In this document: positions 10,417 to 21,537 of the stretch, piece after piece
Numbering within the stretch: the stretch's first letter is position 1
Layout: each line of letters begins with the position of its first letter
Assembly: GCF_038871235.1 (NCBI RefSeq)
Contig: NZ_JAVZIN010000004.1
Coordinates: 32,001 to 96,000, forward strand
DNA length: 64,000 nucleotides
Origin: Candidatus Hadarchaeum sp.
Lineage (GTDB): Archaea; Hadarchaeota; Hadarchaeia; Hadarchaeales; Hadarchaeaceae
Direction of reading: 5' to 3'
Translations under genes and position numbers: made by a program
The notes under the pieces: generated by a model
The model's input: only the letters and a program-made list of their open reading frames with translations
The model's database searches: none
What the model was told of the DNA's origin: nothing

Positions 10417-11631
10417 ATGCCCCAAGCTGAAGTCAATATAGGTCTTGTGGGTCACGTTGATCATGGCAAGACGACGCTGACGGAAGCGCTTTCGGGTATC
10501 TGGACAGATGTTCACAGCGAGGAAATACGCCGCGGGATATCGATTCGCTTGGGTTACGCCGACACCTCTTTTTATAAGTGCAAGGAATGCGACCGGTACA
10601 CGACTAAGGAAAAATGTCCTTACTGTGGTGGTGCCACCCAGTTCCTGCGCCGTGTTTCTTTCGTTGACGCTCCAGGTCACGAGATGCTGATGGCCACCAT
10701 GATCTCAGGTGCTGCGATAATGGATGGTGCCATATTGGTTGTGGCGGCAAACGAGACTTGCCCGCAGCCGCAGACGAAGGAACACTTGATGGCATTGGAT
10801 ATAATTGGTGTGAAAAATATCGTTGTGGCTCAAAATAAAGTCGAGTTAGTTTCGCGCGAAAAGGCTCTTGAGAACTATAAGCAGATAAAAGAGTTCTTGG
10901 CGGGGACCCCAGCAAAGGATGCACCGATAATTCCCGTTTCAGCAATTCACAGGGCCAACATAGATAAGCTGATCGAGGCCATTGAAAAAGTGATTCCGAC
11001 TCCAAAACGTGATGAGACCAAGCCAGCTCGCATGTATGTGGCTAGGTCTTTCGACGTTAATCGTCCGGGGACGAGGCCGGAGAATCTCCGCGGCGGTGTC
11101 GTGGGAGGGTCTTTACAACAGGGAAAGCTCAAGGTTGGAGATGAAATAGAACTCAAACCAGGCATAAAGATAACCCGGGAGGGCCGGACAGCCTGGCAGT
11201 CTTTAGTTTCAAGGGTGGTTAGCCTGCATGCGATGGACAGCCCCCTGGAGGAGGCCAAGCCGGGCGGGTTAATCGGCGTTGGCACTCTGCTGGATCCCTC
11301 ACTAACAAAGGGCGACTCACTCGTGGGCTCGGTTTTGGGCCTGCCTGGGTCACTCCCTGAAGTTCTCACCTCGCTGGAGCTGGATGTCAATCTTATGAAG
11401 CGCGTCGTTGGTTTGGAGGAGGAGTTGGAAATAAAGCCTCTAGTTACCGGCGAGGTTCTCATGTTGAATGTAGGCACGACCATGACTGTAGGTACAGTCG
11501 TAAGTGCAAGAGGAGATAAAGCTACAGTCAGGCTCAAGTTGCCGGTGTGTGTGGAAATCGGCGCGCGGGCAGCCCTGAGCCGCAGGATTGCCGGCAGGTG
11601 GCGTCTTGTTGGGTATGGTATCATCAAGTGA
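10417..11631 (+). CDS. eif2g: Translation initiation factor aIF2 gamma
   Basis: [17 protein letters not shown], Zn ribbon, DAPGHE, QPQTKEH. Confidence 0.97.
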   Translation: MPQAEVNIGLVGHVDHGKTTLTEALSGIWTDVHSEEIRRGISIRLGYADTSFYKCKECDRYTTKEKCPYCGGATQFLRRVSFVDAPGHEMLMATMISGAAIMDGAILVVAANETCPQPQTKEHLMALDIIGVKNIVVAQNKVELVSREKALENYKQIKEFLAGTPAKDAPIIPVSAIHRANIDKLIEAIEKVIPTPKRDETKPARMYVARSFDVNRPGTRPENLRGGVVGGSLQQGKLKVGDEIELKPGIKITREGRTAWQSLVSRVVSLHAMDSPLEEAKPGGLIGVGTLLDPSLTKGDSLVGSVLGLPGSLPEVLTSLELDVNLMKRVVGLEEELEIKPLVTGEVLMLNVGTTMTVGTVVSARGDKATVRLKLPVCVEIGARAALSRRIAGRWRLVGYGIIK

Positions 11632-12025
11632 CGGAAGAATTCTTCAGGTAATTGCAGATACAAGTTTTCTCATGATTCCGGGTATGTTCGGGATTGACGT
11701 TTTTAGAGAACTAGATAGACTGCTTGATCGTTCTTATGAACTTCTGGTACCCAGCCCAGTGGTTTCGGAGCTCGAGAGGATCTCTAGGCAGGGTAAACCT
11801 AAAGAGAGATTGGCAGCAAAACTGGGCCTTACCTTAATCAAGCGCGGTTCTGTTATCGATGTCGGAGGAGAGGCGGATGAGTCAATAGTTAAGCTTGCTA
11901 CGGAGAGGAAATGTATGGTTGGGACCTCCGACTTGGACCTCCGAAAGAAACTTCGTTCCCGCGGGATTGACGTAATCTATTTAAGGGGTAAGTCACACCT
12001 TGCTTTAAATAGTCATTTAGGGTGA
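11615..12025 (+). CDS. PIN-domain protein (Fcf1/Utp24-like)
   Basis: ADTSFL, V..EL, AD..I, TSD..LR; usual position after eif2g; start approximate. Confidence 0.85.
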   Translation: MVSSSDGRILQVIADTSFLMIPGMFGIDVFRELDRLLDRSYELLVPSPVVSELERISRQGKPKERLAAKLGLTLIKRGSVIDVGGEADESIVKLATERKCMVGTSDLDLRKKLRSRGIDVIYLRGKSHLALNSHLG

Positions 12026-12029
12026 AATC

Positions 12030-14003
12030 TTGTCGCTGGAAATTTTGCCGTTGTTGGCAGCGATGGCAGCAATTGCGGTGGCGGCTATATCGGCACGCGT
12101 TGTTTTGAAAGAAGATCAAGGTTCCCAGCGGGTCAGGGAGATCGCTGGCGCTATACAAGAGGGTGCCTCGGCCTTTTTGAGAAGGCAGTACACCACCATT
12201 TGGATTGTGATTATCATCATTGCCGGACTTCTTTTTGTTGCCCCTGGCTGGGGTTGGCAGGCGTCCCTCGTCTATGTGGGGGGGGCGCTATCATCAACCG
12301 CAGCTGGTTTCATAGGGATGTCCATCGCCGTTAGAGCCAACTCCCGGACAGCCACAGCCGCACTCACCGGCATCAGCAAGGCTTTAAAAGTTGCTTTTCG
12401 CGGCGGGCTGGTAATGGGTATGTCAGTAGTTGGCATAGGTTTGCTTGGCATCTTTTTGTGTTTTTCTTGGCTGGGCAATCCAACCTTGGTTCTCCCTTAC
12501 AGCTTCGGAGCCAGCACGGTTGCGCTGTTCGCGCGCGTTGGCGGCGGGATTTTCACCAAGACAGCCGATGTTGGTGCAGATTTAGTAGGTAAGGTTGAGA
12601 AGGGCATACCTGAGGACGATCCGAGGAACCCAGCTGTGATCGCTGACAACGTAGGCGACAATGTTGGTGATGTTGCTGGGATGGGGGCCGATCTTTTCGA
12701 ATCATATGTTGCCAGCACTGTGGCGGCGATGATAGTGGGTCTGGTTACCTATGGTTCTAATGGGATTCTGTTACCCCTGCTGATATCCGCTTTGGGAATA
12801 GTTGCCTCGATAATCAGCGTTCCCTTTGTTCGCGTCCGCGAGGGTAAAAACCCGAGCTATGCTCTAAACACCGCGACGATAGTTTCGGTTGTCGTTACGG
12901 CCATCTTTGCTATTTTAATCTCCTCAAATATTTTCGGCTGGGCAATTGGGTGGAAGTTATTTATCGCCGTTTTGGTCGGGCTGATCTCCGGTCTCGTCAT
13001 TGGCCTCACCTCAGATTACTTCACCAACAACCTCCACAGGCCGTCCCAGCTGATAGCTGAGTCGGACCAATCGGGAACCGCTATTGGAATACTGACTGGA
13101 TTTTCCTACGGGCTGGTTAGCACCTTTCTACCCATCATTTCAATAGCGGTGGCGGTGGTGATTGCCTTCATCGCTGCGGGTTTCTATGGGATTTGTCTGG
13201 CAGGGGTTGGAATGCTTGCCGTTACTGGTATTGTGGTTGCATCTGACGCCTATGGCCCAGTAGCCGACAATGCCGGCGGAATTGTAGAGCAGTCGGGTAT
13301 GTCCGAGGAAGTCAGAAAAGTGACTGACTCTCTCGACTCGGTGGGGAACACCACAAAGGCGATATGCAAAGGTTTTGCAATAGGTTCGGCCGCGCTGACA
13401 GCGGTGGCACTGTTTGCGACTTATCAGGAGGTTTCTAAAGTTTTGAGCTTGGATCTGTTGAATCCAAACGTGATGGCGGGGGTCTTCATCGGCGCCGGCG
13501 TCGTGGCACTTTTCTCCGCTTTAGTGATTTTGGCTGTAGGCAGGAATGCCTTTAAGATGGTTGAAGAGGTCAGAAGGCAGTTCAAGGAAATACCAGGGTT
13601 GATAGAAGGCAAAGCCAAGCCAGACTACGCTAGGTGTGTTGACATTGCTACAAAGGGAGCATTAAAGGAACTGATGGGTCCGGGCGTGCTGGCTTTGGCA
13701 ATACCGATTGTAGTCGGCTTGGTGCTGGGCAAGGCCGCATTAGGTGGCTTCTTGGCGGGCAGCATCGTTACTGGGCTCATTTTTGGTTTGCTCATGGCCA
13801 ATGCCGGCGGTGCTTGGGATAATGCCAAGAAATATATTGAGATGGGCCACTTCGGTGGTAAGGGCACTCCCACACACGCCGCCGCTGTAGTCGGCGACAC
13901 TGTCGGCGATCCTTTCAAGGATACTGCGGGACCTTCGCTGAATATTCTGATAAAGCTGATGTCGATGGTTGCTCTGATCGCGGTGCCGATGTTGTTAATG
14001 TAG
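12030..14003 (+). CDS. hppA: Membrane-bound pyrophosphatase, probably the K+-independent H+-pumping type
   Basis: [56 protein letters not shown]. Confidence 0.93.
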   Translation: MSLEILPLLAAMAAIAVAAISARVVLKEDQGSQRVREIAGAIQEGASAFLRRQYTTIWIVIIIIAGLLFVAPGWGWQASLVYVGGALSSTAAGFIGMSIAVRANSRTATAALTGISKALKVAFRGGLVMGMSVVGIGLLGIFLCFSWLGNPTLVLPYSFGASTVALFARVGGGIFTKTADVGADLVGKVEKGIPEDDPRNPAVIADNVGDNVGDVAGMGADLFESYVASTVAAMIVGLVTYGSNGILLPLLISALGIVASIISVPFVRVREGKNPSYALNTATIVSVVVTAIFAILISSNIFGWAIGWKLFIAVLVGLISGLVIGLTSDYFTNNLHRPSQLIAESDQSGTAIGILTGFSYGLVSTFLPIISIAVAVVIAFIAAGFYGICLAGVGMLAVTGIVVASDAYGPVADNAGGIVEQSGMSEEVRKVTDSLDSVGNTTKAICKGFAIGSAALTAVALFATYQEVSKVLSLDLLNPNVMAGVFIGAGVVALFSALVILAVGRNAFKMVEEVRRQFKEIPGLIEGKAKPDYARCVDIATKGALKELMGPGVLALAIPIVVGLVLGKAALGGFLAGSIVTGLIFGLLMANAGGAWDNAKKYIEMGHFGGKGTPTHAAAVVGDTVGDPFKDTAGPSLNILIKLMSMVALIAVPMLLM

Positions 14004-14160
14004 CTTGACTGTTATTTTTATTGAAGATGAATGAAAACACTTTTTTTCAGGGGTGAGGTTGGTTTAGAGTTTATAAGGAAAAAGAGGGTAAAGAATAGAG
14101 GTGCCGGGGTGGCCTTCGGCTTTTACTCTGGCGTCAAAACTAGTAGGTTTAGGTGGAATC

Positions 14161-14715
14161 GTGTATAAACTCCTGACGATTGAAGACACTGTCCGTGTGC
14201 CGCCAAATAGGTTTTCCGAGAAGCTAGAGGATGTTGTTTTGGACATTCTGAGGAAAAACTATGGCGGAATCACAGATAAGGATGTGGGGATGGTCTTGGT
14301 GGTCACGAAGGTATTGGATATCTCCATAGGCCGCATTATAATGGGCGACGGCGCCAGCTATCACGACGTTACTTTTGAGGCCTTGGTGTACAAGCCGGAA
14401 ATAAATGAAATTGCAATGGGTGAAATAGTGGAAATAGTTGAGTTTGGCGCTTTTGTCAGGCTAGGTCCAATTGATGGGCTGGTTCACGTTTCCCAGGTGA
14501 TGAACGATTTTGTTGGTTATGATAAAAAGAAGGGAGTTCTCTACGGAAAGGAGTCCAAACGTTCGGTGAAGGAGGGGGATAAGGTCAGGGCACGCATAGT
14601 TACCGTCAGTCTCAAGCGGGGAACAAAGGCTGGAAAGATCGGCCTTACCATGCGCCAGCCGGGGCTGGGCAAGCTTGAGTGGATTGAAGAGGCTAGGAAG
14701 GAGGCTAAAGCTTGA
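14161..14715 (+). CDS. rpoE1: RNA polymerase subunit Rpo7 (E')
   Basis: DTVRVPP, GDGA, FGAFVRLGPIDGLVHVSQ, LTMRQPGLGK. Confidence 0.96.
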   Translation: MYKLLTIEDTVRVPPNRFSEKLEDVVLDILRKNYGGITDKDVGMVLVVTKVLDISIGRIIMGDGASYHDVTFEALVYKPEINEIAMGEIVEIVEFGAFVRLGPIDGLVHVSQVMNDFVGYDKKKGVLYGKESKRSVKEGDKVRARIVTVSLKRGTKAGKIGLTMRQPGLGKLEWIEEARKEAKA

Positions 14716-14897
14716 AGTTGCTTGCCTGTCGCAACTGCAATTATATCACTGAGTCCAGCACCTGTCCCAACTGTGGCGGTGCCTCACTCTCTGAAGATTG
14801 GGCAGGCTATGTGATAGTACTGGATGTTGAGGGCTCGGAGATAGCTAAGAGGCTCAACATCACCAAACCGGGAAAATATGCCTTGAAAGTTAGGTAA
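14712..14897 (+). CDS. spt4: Transcription elongation factor Spt4
   Basis: ACRNC, CPNCG, W.GYVIV, PGKYALKVR. Confidence 0.95.
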   Translation: MKLLACRNCNYITESSTCPNCGGASLSEDWAGYVIVLDVEGSEIAKRLNITKPGKYALKVR

Positions 14898-15237
14898 ATC
14901 CTATTCAGAGCATAATTTTTGAGGCGTGAATTTTCGCCAGCGACAGAATTTTTTTATGAAAATTTGATGAATGATGTTTTGACGTGAGGTGGCTTTGTCA
15001 AATACTCCAATTAAGTTGTGTTCGCTGAGACATAACTTTCGTTTTGGTTAGCCCGACAACCTGTGTTGCGTTAGATGGCTTACTTTTCCTAACAAGTATT
15101 TTCAGTCTGCTTTTAGTGATTTTCCCCATCTCACAGTTCACTAGTTCTCGTTCGGCTGTTGTGATCTCAAGACCTGCGGCTTCCGCAGTTGTCGGCTTAT
15201 CCTCCACCTAATAGCGTTTTCCAGATCCGCTAAATAT

Positions 15238-16875
15238 TTACTCCAAATCGATTTCAAAGACAGAGACCGGATGTTCTAATTCGAAGCCGATGATTACCTC
15301 AGGATGCAGCTCCCCAACAACACCGATTTTTTTGCCCTCAGTGAGGAATTCTGCAACTCTGCCATCAATGAAGCTGGGGTGCGAAGAGGCTTTTACCTCC
15401 CATCTTTTTCCAAGTTCCCTGAGTACCGCTTCCGCGGCGGCTTTTATATAAGTAAACCCAAAGCCCTCGCCTGCAACTGCCGAGGCCGCTCTTCTCACAT
15501 TTCTGGCCCCAGTTTCGGATTTTTCATCAAGCAACACCACATCACCGATCTCAAAAATTTTTTGTGGCAGCGGGTTTCTGCGGTTTTTCTTCAGTACCAA
15601 CAACAAGGACGGAATCAAGGAATCCCTAAGTATCGTGTACTCTTCGGAAATAGGGTTGGCTATTTCTACGGCTTCCCCCTTCAACCTCATAAGGTCAAAG
15701 TTGACTTTGGGATTGGTCAGCGTGTAGGTCATCACTTCCATAAAATTCAATCCGGTGAGAACCCGCCTCGCTTTTTCGCTGATTTTTTCAATAGGTGCAC
15801 GTTCTCCGATAGTTAAAACCTTCGGAAGCGTTGGCTCAAGCTTGTCGTATCCGTATCCTATTGCTATGTCCTCAATGATATCTATTTCGTGCATGATGTC
15901 GCAGCGGTAGGGCGGAATTAGTAGTCTCAGCTTGGCCCCGTTGATTTTTTCCACCCCGTAACGCATTGCCATCGCTAGTTTAGCGATCTGTTTTGAGTTG
16001 AGATCGATACCTATAGTTTTCTTCGCATTGCTGACGTTGAGGTTCAATTTGCTTGGCTTTAAGTTCGGGGTAGTGACCCGCCTCTTAGGATATTTTACCA
16101 CAACGGTTTCTAGGGTAAATCCTCTTTCCCCCAATCCAGCCATAATTATCGTGAGTGCTTGGTTAACGGCTCGCTCGTCATGTCCGGTAACGTCGATAAA
16201 GAGTGAATCCGTTTTTTCAGTCACCCGCGTGTCCTCACTGTTGATTATTGGGGGCAGAGATAGCACCGTTCCTCGTCCGTCGATCAACAGCGGATATCTT
16301 GGCAGCCCCTGAAGCAAAGACCCGTATTCAATCCCTTTTGGATGCTCGTGAAGTATTTCCATAGGGGTAAGCTCGCGCCCGAAGTCAAGCGGCAAGAAGC
16401 GGATGCCTTCCGGTGTTGTGGTGGTGTATATCACATGAGGGGCGATGGTTTTGAGATCATAGATGCCGATAGATGCTTTTTCTCGTTTTCTGCCCAGCGA
16501 TGCGTGCAGTTTTTCTTGAACCTGCATAATTGAGGCGACAATGTCGTCTGTCATTTTTACGTTGCTAACGGCACCGGCGGCTATAAACGGTCGAATCGAT
16601 TCAACGCTGGGGTCGACTTCAACGGTGATGTTTGATGGCTTGGTTCTGTATCTTGGTAGGCCGGTTTCAATACGGAGAAATCCCTTAAGGACCCTAGCGA
16701 CCCCCTCGCAGCTCAAGAGATCAGGACGATTGTGGGCGATTTCTATTTTAATCTCGTCACCATTTGCTTCAGCTTCCATCCCCAGCATCCCCAGCCGCTC
16801 GCAAAGTCTGTCGATCTCAATAGTTTTACCAAGCAGGCCGCAGAGATCACGGTAGCTGATGCTGATGGATGGCAC
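15238..16875 (-). CDS. pheT: Phenylalanyl-tRNA synthetase beta subunit
   Basis: NRPDLLS, PPIINS, R.DI.H..D.IEDIAIGYGY; GTG 16875 overlaps the pheS stop (TAGTG). Confidence 0.95.
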   Translation of the reverse strand: MPSISISYRDLCGLLGKTIEIDRLCERLGMLGMEAEANGDEIKIEIAHNRPDLLSCEGVARVLKGFLRIETGLPRYRTKPSNITVEVDPSVESIRPFIAAGAVSNVKMTDDIVASIMQVQEKLHASLGRKREKASIGIYDLKTIAPHVIYTTTTPEGIRFLPLDFGRELTPMEILHEHPKGIEYGSLLQGLPRYPLLIDGRGTVLSLPPIINSEDTRVTEKTDSLFIDVTGHDERAVNQALTIIMAGLGERGFTLETVVVKYPKRRVTTPNLKPSKLNLNVSNAKKTIGIDLNSKQIAKLAMAMRYGVEKINGAKLRLLIPPYRCDIMHEIDIIEDIAIGYGYDKLEPTLPKVLTIGERAPIEKISEKARRVLTGLNFMEVMTYTLTNPKVNFDLMRLKGEAVEIANPISEEYTILRDSLIPSLLLVLKKNRRNPLPQKIFEIGDVVLLDEKSETGARNVRRAASAVAGEGFGFTYIKAAAEAVLRELGKRWEVKASSHPSFIDGRVAEFLTEGKKIGVVGELHPEVIIGFELEHPVSVFEIDLE

Positions 16876-18410
16876 TAGATCATCCTCCTCGCTTGAAGCC
16901 AGCTGATGTCGTTGTTGTAAAGGTCCCGGATGTCGTCGATACCAAGCCTTATCATGCTCAGACGCGAGAATCCGATTCCCCAGGCTAGAACGGGATATCG
17001 GATGCCAAGTGGGCGAAGAAGTTCTGGCCTGAACATTCCAGCTCCCAGCGCTTCCAGCCACTCTCTCTTCTCAGGGAAGTAAACGTCCGCCTCAACTGAA
17101 GGTTCAGTGTAGGGGAAGTAGCCGGGCCTGAATCTTATTTTGGGCAAACCGAGCTTGACCATGATTTGCTTCAGATAGCCGAGCATGTCGCGCAGCGTGA
17201 GGTCCTTATCCATAACTATCCCTTCGGCTTGATAGAATTCTGCCAAATGTTTGTAGTCGATCTTTTCATGTCTGTAGACCCTATCGATACAGAAGACCTT
17301 TATGGGTGGATCAGGATGTGTTGAAAGATATCTGACGGTGGCAGCGGTTGTTTGCGAGCAAAGCACGGTTCTGTGACTAATCTCGGTGTTGAACTTATAT
17401 CCCCAGCCGGTAGAACCCGCTACGCCGCGCTCATGTGCTTTAGCCACACGGTTTAGTAGGTCAGGGGGAGGGAGATGGGCCCGTTTTGGTTTTGCTAGAG
17501 AAAAGCTGTCGTGAATTTCTCTGGCAGGATGATTTTGGGCTTGGAACAGGGCATCGAAGTTCCAGAACTCCGACTCCACTATCCTGCTTTTTATTTCCAC
17601 GAATCCCATTTCTAAGAGAATCTCCCGAAGCTCGTCGATTATCTGTTGTAGTGGGTGCGCTTTTCCCGGGTAGATGGGGACTCCAGGTGCGACCACATCA
17701 TATTTTTTCAACCTGACTTCTCGCCATCTACCGCTCAATAGCATCTCTCGGGTCAGTTCACTTACCTCTTCAACTAGCTCAATACCCATTTCAAGTGTTT
17801 GTCTGCCAAGATCAGATAGTTTCAATTCTCGCCTGATCTCTTCTTTTATTTCCACCAATTTTCTTTCTTTGAGTAAGCGCAGCAGTTCTCTATTCTCCTC
17901 AGAGAGTTCCTCCAAATCATGTTCCTTGGAGGCGAGCGATTCAAGCAATTTCTCATCAGCGGATATTTGGGTGAGAGCCTTTTCCCCACCTTCAGTAATT
18001 TTCAAGAATGTTTTTCCATTTTTTTTGACGAAGTTAATCCAACCCCGTCGCTTGAGCCAAGTGATTGCGATATTTTTCAGTTCTGCTTCCAAGCCAGCGC
18101 GGTTGGCTGCTTCTTCCACGGTGGCACAGCCAGATTCGGAAAGCGCCTGCAGCATTCTTCTCTCGGGAAGGCCACGGCGTGCGTAGTCATGACCTTCCGG
18201 AGTAAGCGTAATTTTTGATATTTTTTTCTCATCAATTTCCACCAAGCCCATTTCAGAGAGACTGAGAACGGCCCGCATGATGGTGGCTTGGTCAAATCCC
18301 GTTAGCTGAGCCATTCGTTCGACCGTGGAAGCACCGCTCACCTGCGCCAGCCCAAGCATCAGCTTTTTTTCATGGAAACTCATTTTTTCAATGATTTTTT
18401 CCAAGTTCAT
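16875..18410 (-). CDS. pheS: Phenylalanyl-tRNA synthetase alpha subunit
   Basis: FWNFDALF, HPARE, HLAEFYQ, YFPYTEPS, GAGMFRPE. Confidence 0.96.
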   Translation of the reverse strand: MNLEKIIEKMSFHEKKLMLGLAQVSGASTVERMAQLTGFDQATIMRAVLSLSEMGLVEIDEKKISKITLTPEGHDYARRGLPERRMLQALSESGCATVEEAANRAGLEAELKNIAITWLKRRGWINFVKKNGKTFLKITEGGEKALTQISADEKLLESLASKEHDLEELSEENRELLRLLKERKLVEIKEEIRRELKLSDLGRQTLEMGIELVEEVSELTREMLLSGRWREVRLKKYDVVAPGVPIYPGKAHPLQQIIDELREILLEMGFVEIKSRIVESEFWNFDALFQAQNHPAREIHDSFSLAKPKRAHLPPPDLLNRVAKAHERGVAGSTGWGYKFNTEISHRTVLCSQTTAATVRYLSTHPDPPIKVFCIDRVYRHEKIDYKHLAEFYQAEGIVMDKDLTLRDMLGYLKQIMVKLGLPKIRFRPGYFPYTEPSVEADVYFPEKREWLEALGAGMFRPELLRPLGIRYPVLAWGIGFSRLSMIRLGIDDIRDLYNNDISWLQARRMI

Positions 18411-18543
18411 TTTCAGTATCCCTCAGAGAAACAAGGAAAGTGGGAGTTATGAGGATTGCGGATGGGGGTATACCGCGTCAAACCATGGTATTCTTTTTCG
18501 TGGAGGTTTTGGTTTAAAGGCTAAAAGGAGCCCTTTAATTGAT

Positions 18544-19668
18544 ATGGGTGAGGCTGGGAGCCTGAAAAAATTGGGTTTTGTGGTCAATCCCATCGCAGGC
18601 ATGGGTGGAAGGGTCGGCTTGAAGGGCACAGATGGTCCGGAGATTCTGGCCAGAGCTCGCGAGTTAGGTGCCGAGCCGGTGGCGCCCATTAGAGCAGTAA
18701 GATTTTTGCATGCACTTAAAAAGTTCTCATCCGAGTTAATGATATTGAGTTATCCTGCTGAGATGGGCGAGAATGAGGCCAAAGAGGCGGAATTGGAGCC
18801 GAGAGTCATCGGGAGGATAACGTCCGGCAGTACCACATCGGAGGACACCAAACGGGCGGCTCGGGAAATGCTTGCGGAAAAGGTTGATCTCTTGGTTTTT
18901 GCAGGAGGTGATGGCACCGCTGCGGATATCCTTTCGGCAGTTGATTCCAAGGTGCCGATCTTAGGGGTGCCCACCGGGGTTAAAATGCACTCGGCAGTAT
19001 TTGCCAATACACCCGAAGCCGCAGCCGAGGTTGCCGCGCGGTTTTTACTCTATGGATTGCCACTTCGCGAGGCGGAAGTGATGGACATTGATGAGGATGA
19101 GTTTCGCAAGGGCCGGTTGGTTGCAAGATTGATAGGTTATGGCATGGTGCCCTATGAACCTATGATGGTCCAGTCCACGAAAGAGGGAAGCACGGGTCAT
19201 GAACTGGCCGATCAGAAGGCAATCGCCCGCTGGGTAGTTGAGATGATGGAAAAGGAGCACGTCTACATACTCGGCCCCGGAACCACCACCCGGGCGGTTG
19301 CGGAAGAACTGGGGATTTACGATTCAACCCTGCTGGGAGTTGATTTAATTGAAGATTACCGGCTTTTGGCTAAGGACGTTAATGAAGCCATGATTTTGGA
19401 TGCCATCAGGAACAAACCAGCGACGATAATCGTTAGCCCCATAGGAAGGCAGGGGTTTATTTTGGGTAGAGGAAATTTACAGCTCTCCCCGAGGCTGTTG
19501 AGGAAGGTGGGTAAAAAGAACCTTTGGGTACTTTCAACTCCCCAAAAACTGGCGATCACACCCACGCTGAAGGTCGACACTGGTGATGTTGACCTCGATG
19601 AGGAGTTTCGTGGTTATATCAAGGTGATCACGGGCTACAGACAGTCGAAGATGGTGAAAGTGGTCTGA
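18544..19668 (+). CDS. ATP-NAD kinase family protein (AcoX-like)
   Basis: NPIAGMGG.VGLKGTDG, GGDGT, GVKMHS, GRGNLQLSP. Confidence 0.85.
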   Translation: MGEAGSLKKLGFVVNPIAGMGGRVGLKGTDGPEILARARELGAEPVAPIRAVRFLHALKKFSSELMILSYPAEMGENEAKEAELEPRVIGRITSGSTTSEDTKRAAREMLAEKVDLLVFAGGDGTAADILSAVDSKVPILGVPTGVKMHSAVFANTPEAAAEVAARFLLYGLPLREAEVMDIDEDEFRKGRLVARLIGYGMVPYEPMMVQSTKEGSTGHELADQKAIARWVVEMMEKEHVYILGPGTTTRAVAEELGIYDSTLLGVDLIEDYRLLAKDVNEAMILDAIRNKPATIIVSPIGRQGFILGRGNLQLSPRLLRKVGKKNLWVLSTPQKLAITPTLKVDTGDVDLDEEFRGYIKVITGYRQSKMVKVV

Positions 19669-19752
19669 ATGAATTTCCCCCCTAAAAAGCAGGTTTATAA
19701 GCCGGTGGCCGGTGAAATATTTAACTTGTAATTGGTTTTTGGAAGTGTGAGA

Positions 19753-20226
19753 ATGATTAATAAGAAAACGACCAAGGAACCGACCAGCCCTCGAAAGCTG
19801 ATGGAGATAAGGGTCAGTGAGGTTATGAACAAAAGACCGCGCGTGGTTTACGAAGATACTTCCATCGATGGTCTTTTGGAGAGAATCCTTGGGCAGATAG
19901 AGGACTGTTTTCCTGTCGTCGATAAGGATTTCAGGCTGGTGGGCATAGTCACGGAGAGCGATCTCTTTCAGGTACTTTATCCACAAATCCCTTCAAAGAC
20001 CGTAGGTAGCGCAAAGATAAGGGAGATTCTTAAGTATTCAGCTAAAACTGTGGGTGATATCATGACGAGACGCCCGATCAAGATCACGCCCGAAATGACC
20101 CTTGGCGAGGCCATGGGGATAATGGCGTCTCACAAGTTAAGGCGACTGCCTGTTGTCGAGGGCGATAAGTTAGTTGGTCTTTTGTCACTAAGGCACATAA
20201 TCGAGCTTTATCGAATCATCAGGTAG
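19753..20226 (+). CDS. CBS-pair domain protein
   Basis: Two CBS repeats (V.EVM...FPVVD...LVGIVT; V.DIM...LPVV...LVGLLS). Confidence 0.88.
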   Translation: MINKKTTKEPTSPRKLMEIRVSEVMNKRPRVVYEDTSIDGLLERILGQIEDCFPVVDKDFRLVGIVTESDLFQVLYPQIPSKTVGSAKIREILKYSAKTVGDIMTRRPIKITPEMTLGEAMGIMASHKLRRLPVVEGDKLVGLLSLRHIIELYRIIR

Positions 20227-20235
20227 GTTGGTTTC

Positions 20236-21447
20236 ATGGAATTTGAGGCCTCATCAGTACTGCTTTACCTAGCGGTTTTTCTGATAGCAGCCAAGGCGGG
20301 TGGAGCGCTGTCCTCTAAATTGGGCCAGCCGGAGGTTTTTGGTGAGCTTATCGCTGGAATATTGATCGGTCCTTCAGTAGCGGGCGCAATTACCCAAGGT
20401 CTACTGGGTTTTTCGCTGTGCGTTGACCCCGATGCCCCAGCTGGGCAGTTCATGGCCCTGCTGGGAGAACTCGGCATAATAATACTGATGTTCATCGCCG
20501 GACTTTCAATTGAAGTTGAAGAGTTCCGAAGGTCCGGTAGGCCATCAACCATAGTCGCGGCCAGTGGTGTGGCGGTGGCATTTTTGTTGGGTTTTGGGGC
20601 GGCTTCATTTTTCGGATGGACCCCCTTAGAGGCAGGGTTCGCTGGTGGAATTCTAGTCGCCACCAGCGTGGGCATCACGGTGAGAACACTGATGGAGATA
20701 CGCGTGCTCCACACCAAAGTAGGATTGACAATTCTAGGGGCAGCCGTCATTGACGACGTTTTGGGCATAATAATCCTGAGTGTTCTATCCGGGATGGCTT
20801 TTGGTAGCTTGTCCTTTTTCGGAATAGCTGAGATCCTTTTCTTGATGGTTGTTTTTTTCGTAGTAGTTCTGGTTTTTGGTTTTAGAGTAGTTCCTCGGTT
20901 GCTTTCGTATGCTAGCAGATTTGCCGCCGATGAGATCGTCCTCTCCATTGCATTCGCGATAGTTTTTTTAGTTTCCGCGATGGCTGAGAAAGTTAGAATA
21001 GCGGCCATAACCGGTGCCTTTTTAGTGGGGCTAATTACAAGCAAATCTCAATTTGCCGATTCCCTAAGAGAAAAAGCTACCACAGTTGGTTACGGACTTC
21101 TTATACCACTGTTTTTTGTCAATATGGGTGTTGAAACGAATCTTCAAGCTCTGGCATCGGTCGGTTTTCTTGCTGTTGCCTTCTTGGCAATCGCGATGTT
21201 CGATAAGATTGTTGGCTGTGGGCTGGGTGCTCTCCTCAGCGGGTTTAGTGTTAAGGATTCACTGAGAGTTGGGGTGGGAATGATGCCGAGAGCTGAGGTC
21301 GCCTTGATAATGGCCTCCATAGGTTTGAAGGCAGCGGTTGTTGGTCAGTCGTTGCTATCGATGACGGTGATGGTTGTGCTGCTGACATCTTTAGTAACTC
21401 CCCTACTGGTTAAGCTTGCCTTTAAAGGAGCCGAAAAAGAAGCATAA
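20236..21447 (+). CDS. Cation:proton antiporter (CPA2, NapA/KefB-like)
   Basis: About 12 hydrophobic segments, ATSVGIT, AAVIDD, GMMPRAEV. Confidence 0.9.
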   Translation: MEFEASSVLLYLAVFLIAAKAGGALSSKLGQPEVFGELIAGILIGPSVAGAITQGLLGFSLCVDPDAPAGQFMALLGELGIIILMFIAGLSIEVEEFRRSGRPSTIVAASGVAVAFLLGFGAASFFGWTPLEAGFAGGILVATSVGITVRTLMEIRVLHTKVGLTILGAAVIDDVLGIIILSVLSGMAFGSLSFFGIAEILFLMVVFFVVVLVFGFRVVPRLLSYASRFAADEIVLSIAFAIVFLVSAMAEKVRIAAITGAFLVGLITSKSQFADSLREKATTVGYGLLIPLFFVNMGVETNLQALASVGFLAVAFLAIAMFDKIVGCGLGALLSGFSVKDSLRVGVGMMPRAEVALIMASIGLKAAVVGQSLLSMTVMVVLLTSLVTPLLVKLAFKGAEKEA

Positions 21448-21537
21448 AAAGCAGTGGAATTTAGTCCTTGTTAACTTTGGCCGCATCAGTTGCATAGGAT
21501 TAATTATTTGTCGGTTTAAAGATTGATTGGGGCGTCG

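Noticed and set aside
16876-17061. ORF-track N-terminal extensions (pheT here; also ipk, rnj, trmB, NAD kinase, NUDIX)
   Set aside because: They overlap neighbouring genes; downstream starts with SD or stop-start overlap fit family N-termini.
21448-21537. Replication origin next to orc1/cdc6
   Set aside because: Only one partial ORB-like 8-mer (CAGTGGAA) in a 90-nt gap; no repeated ORBs or long AT-rich unwinding element.
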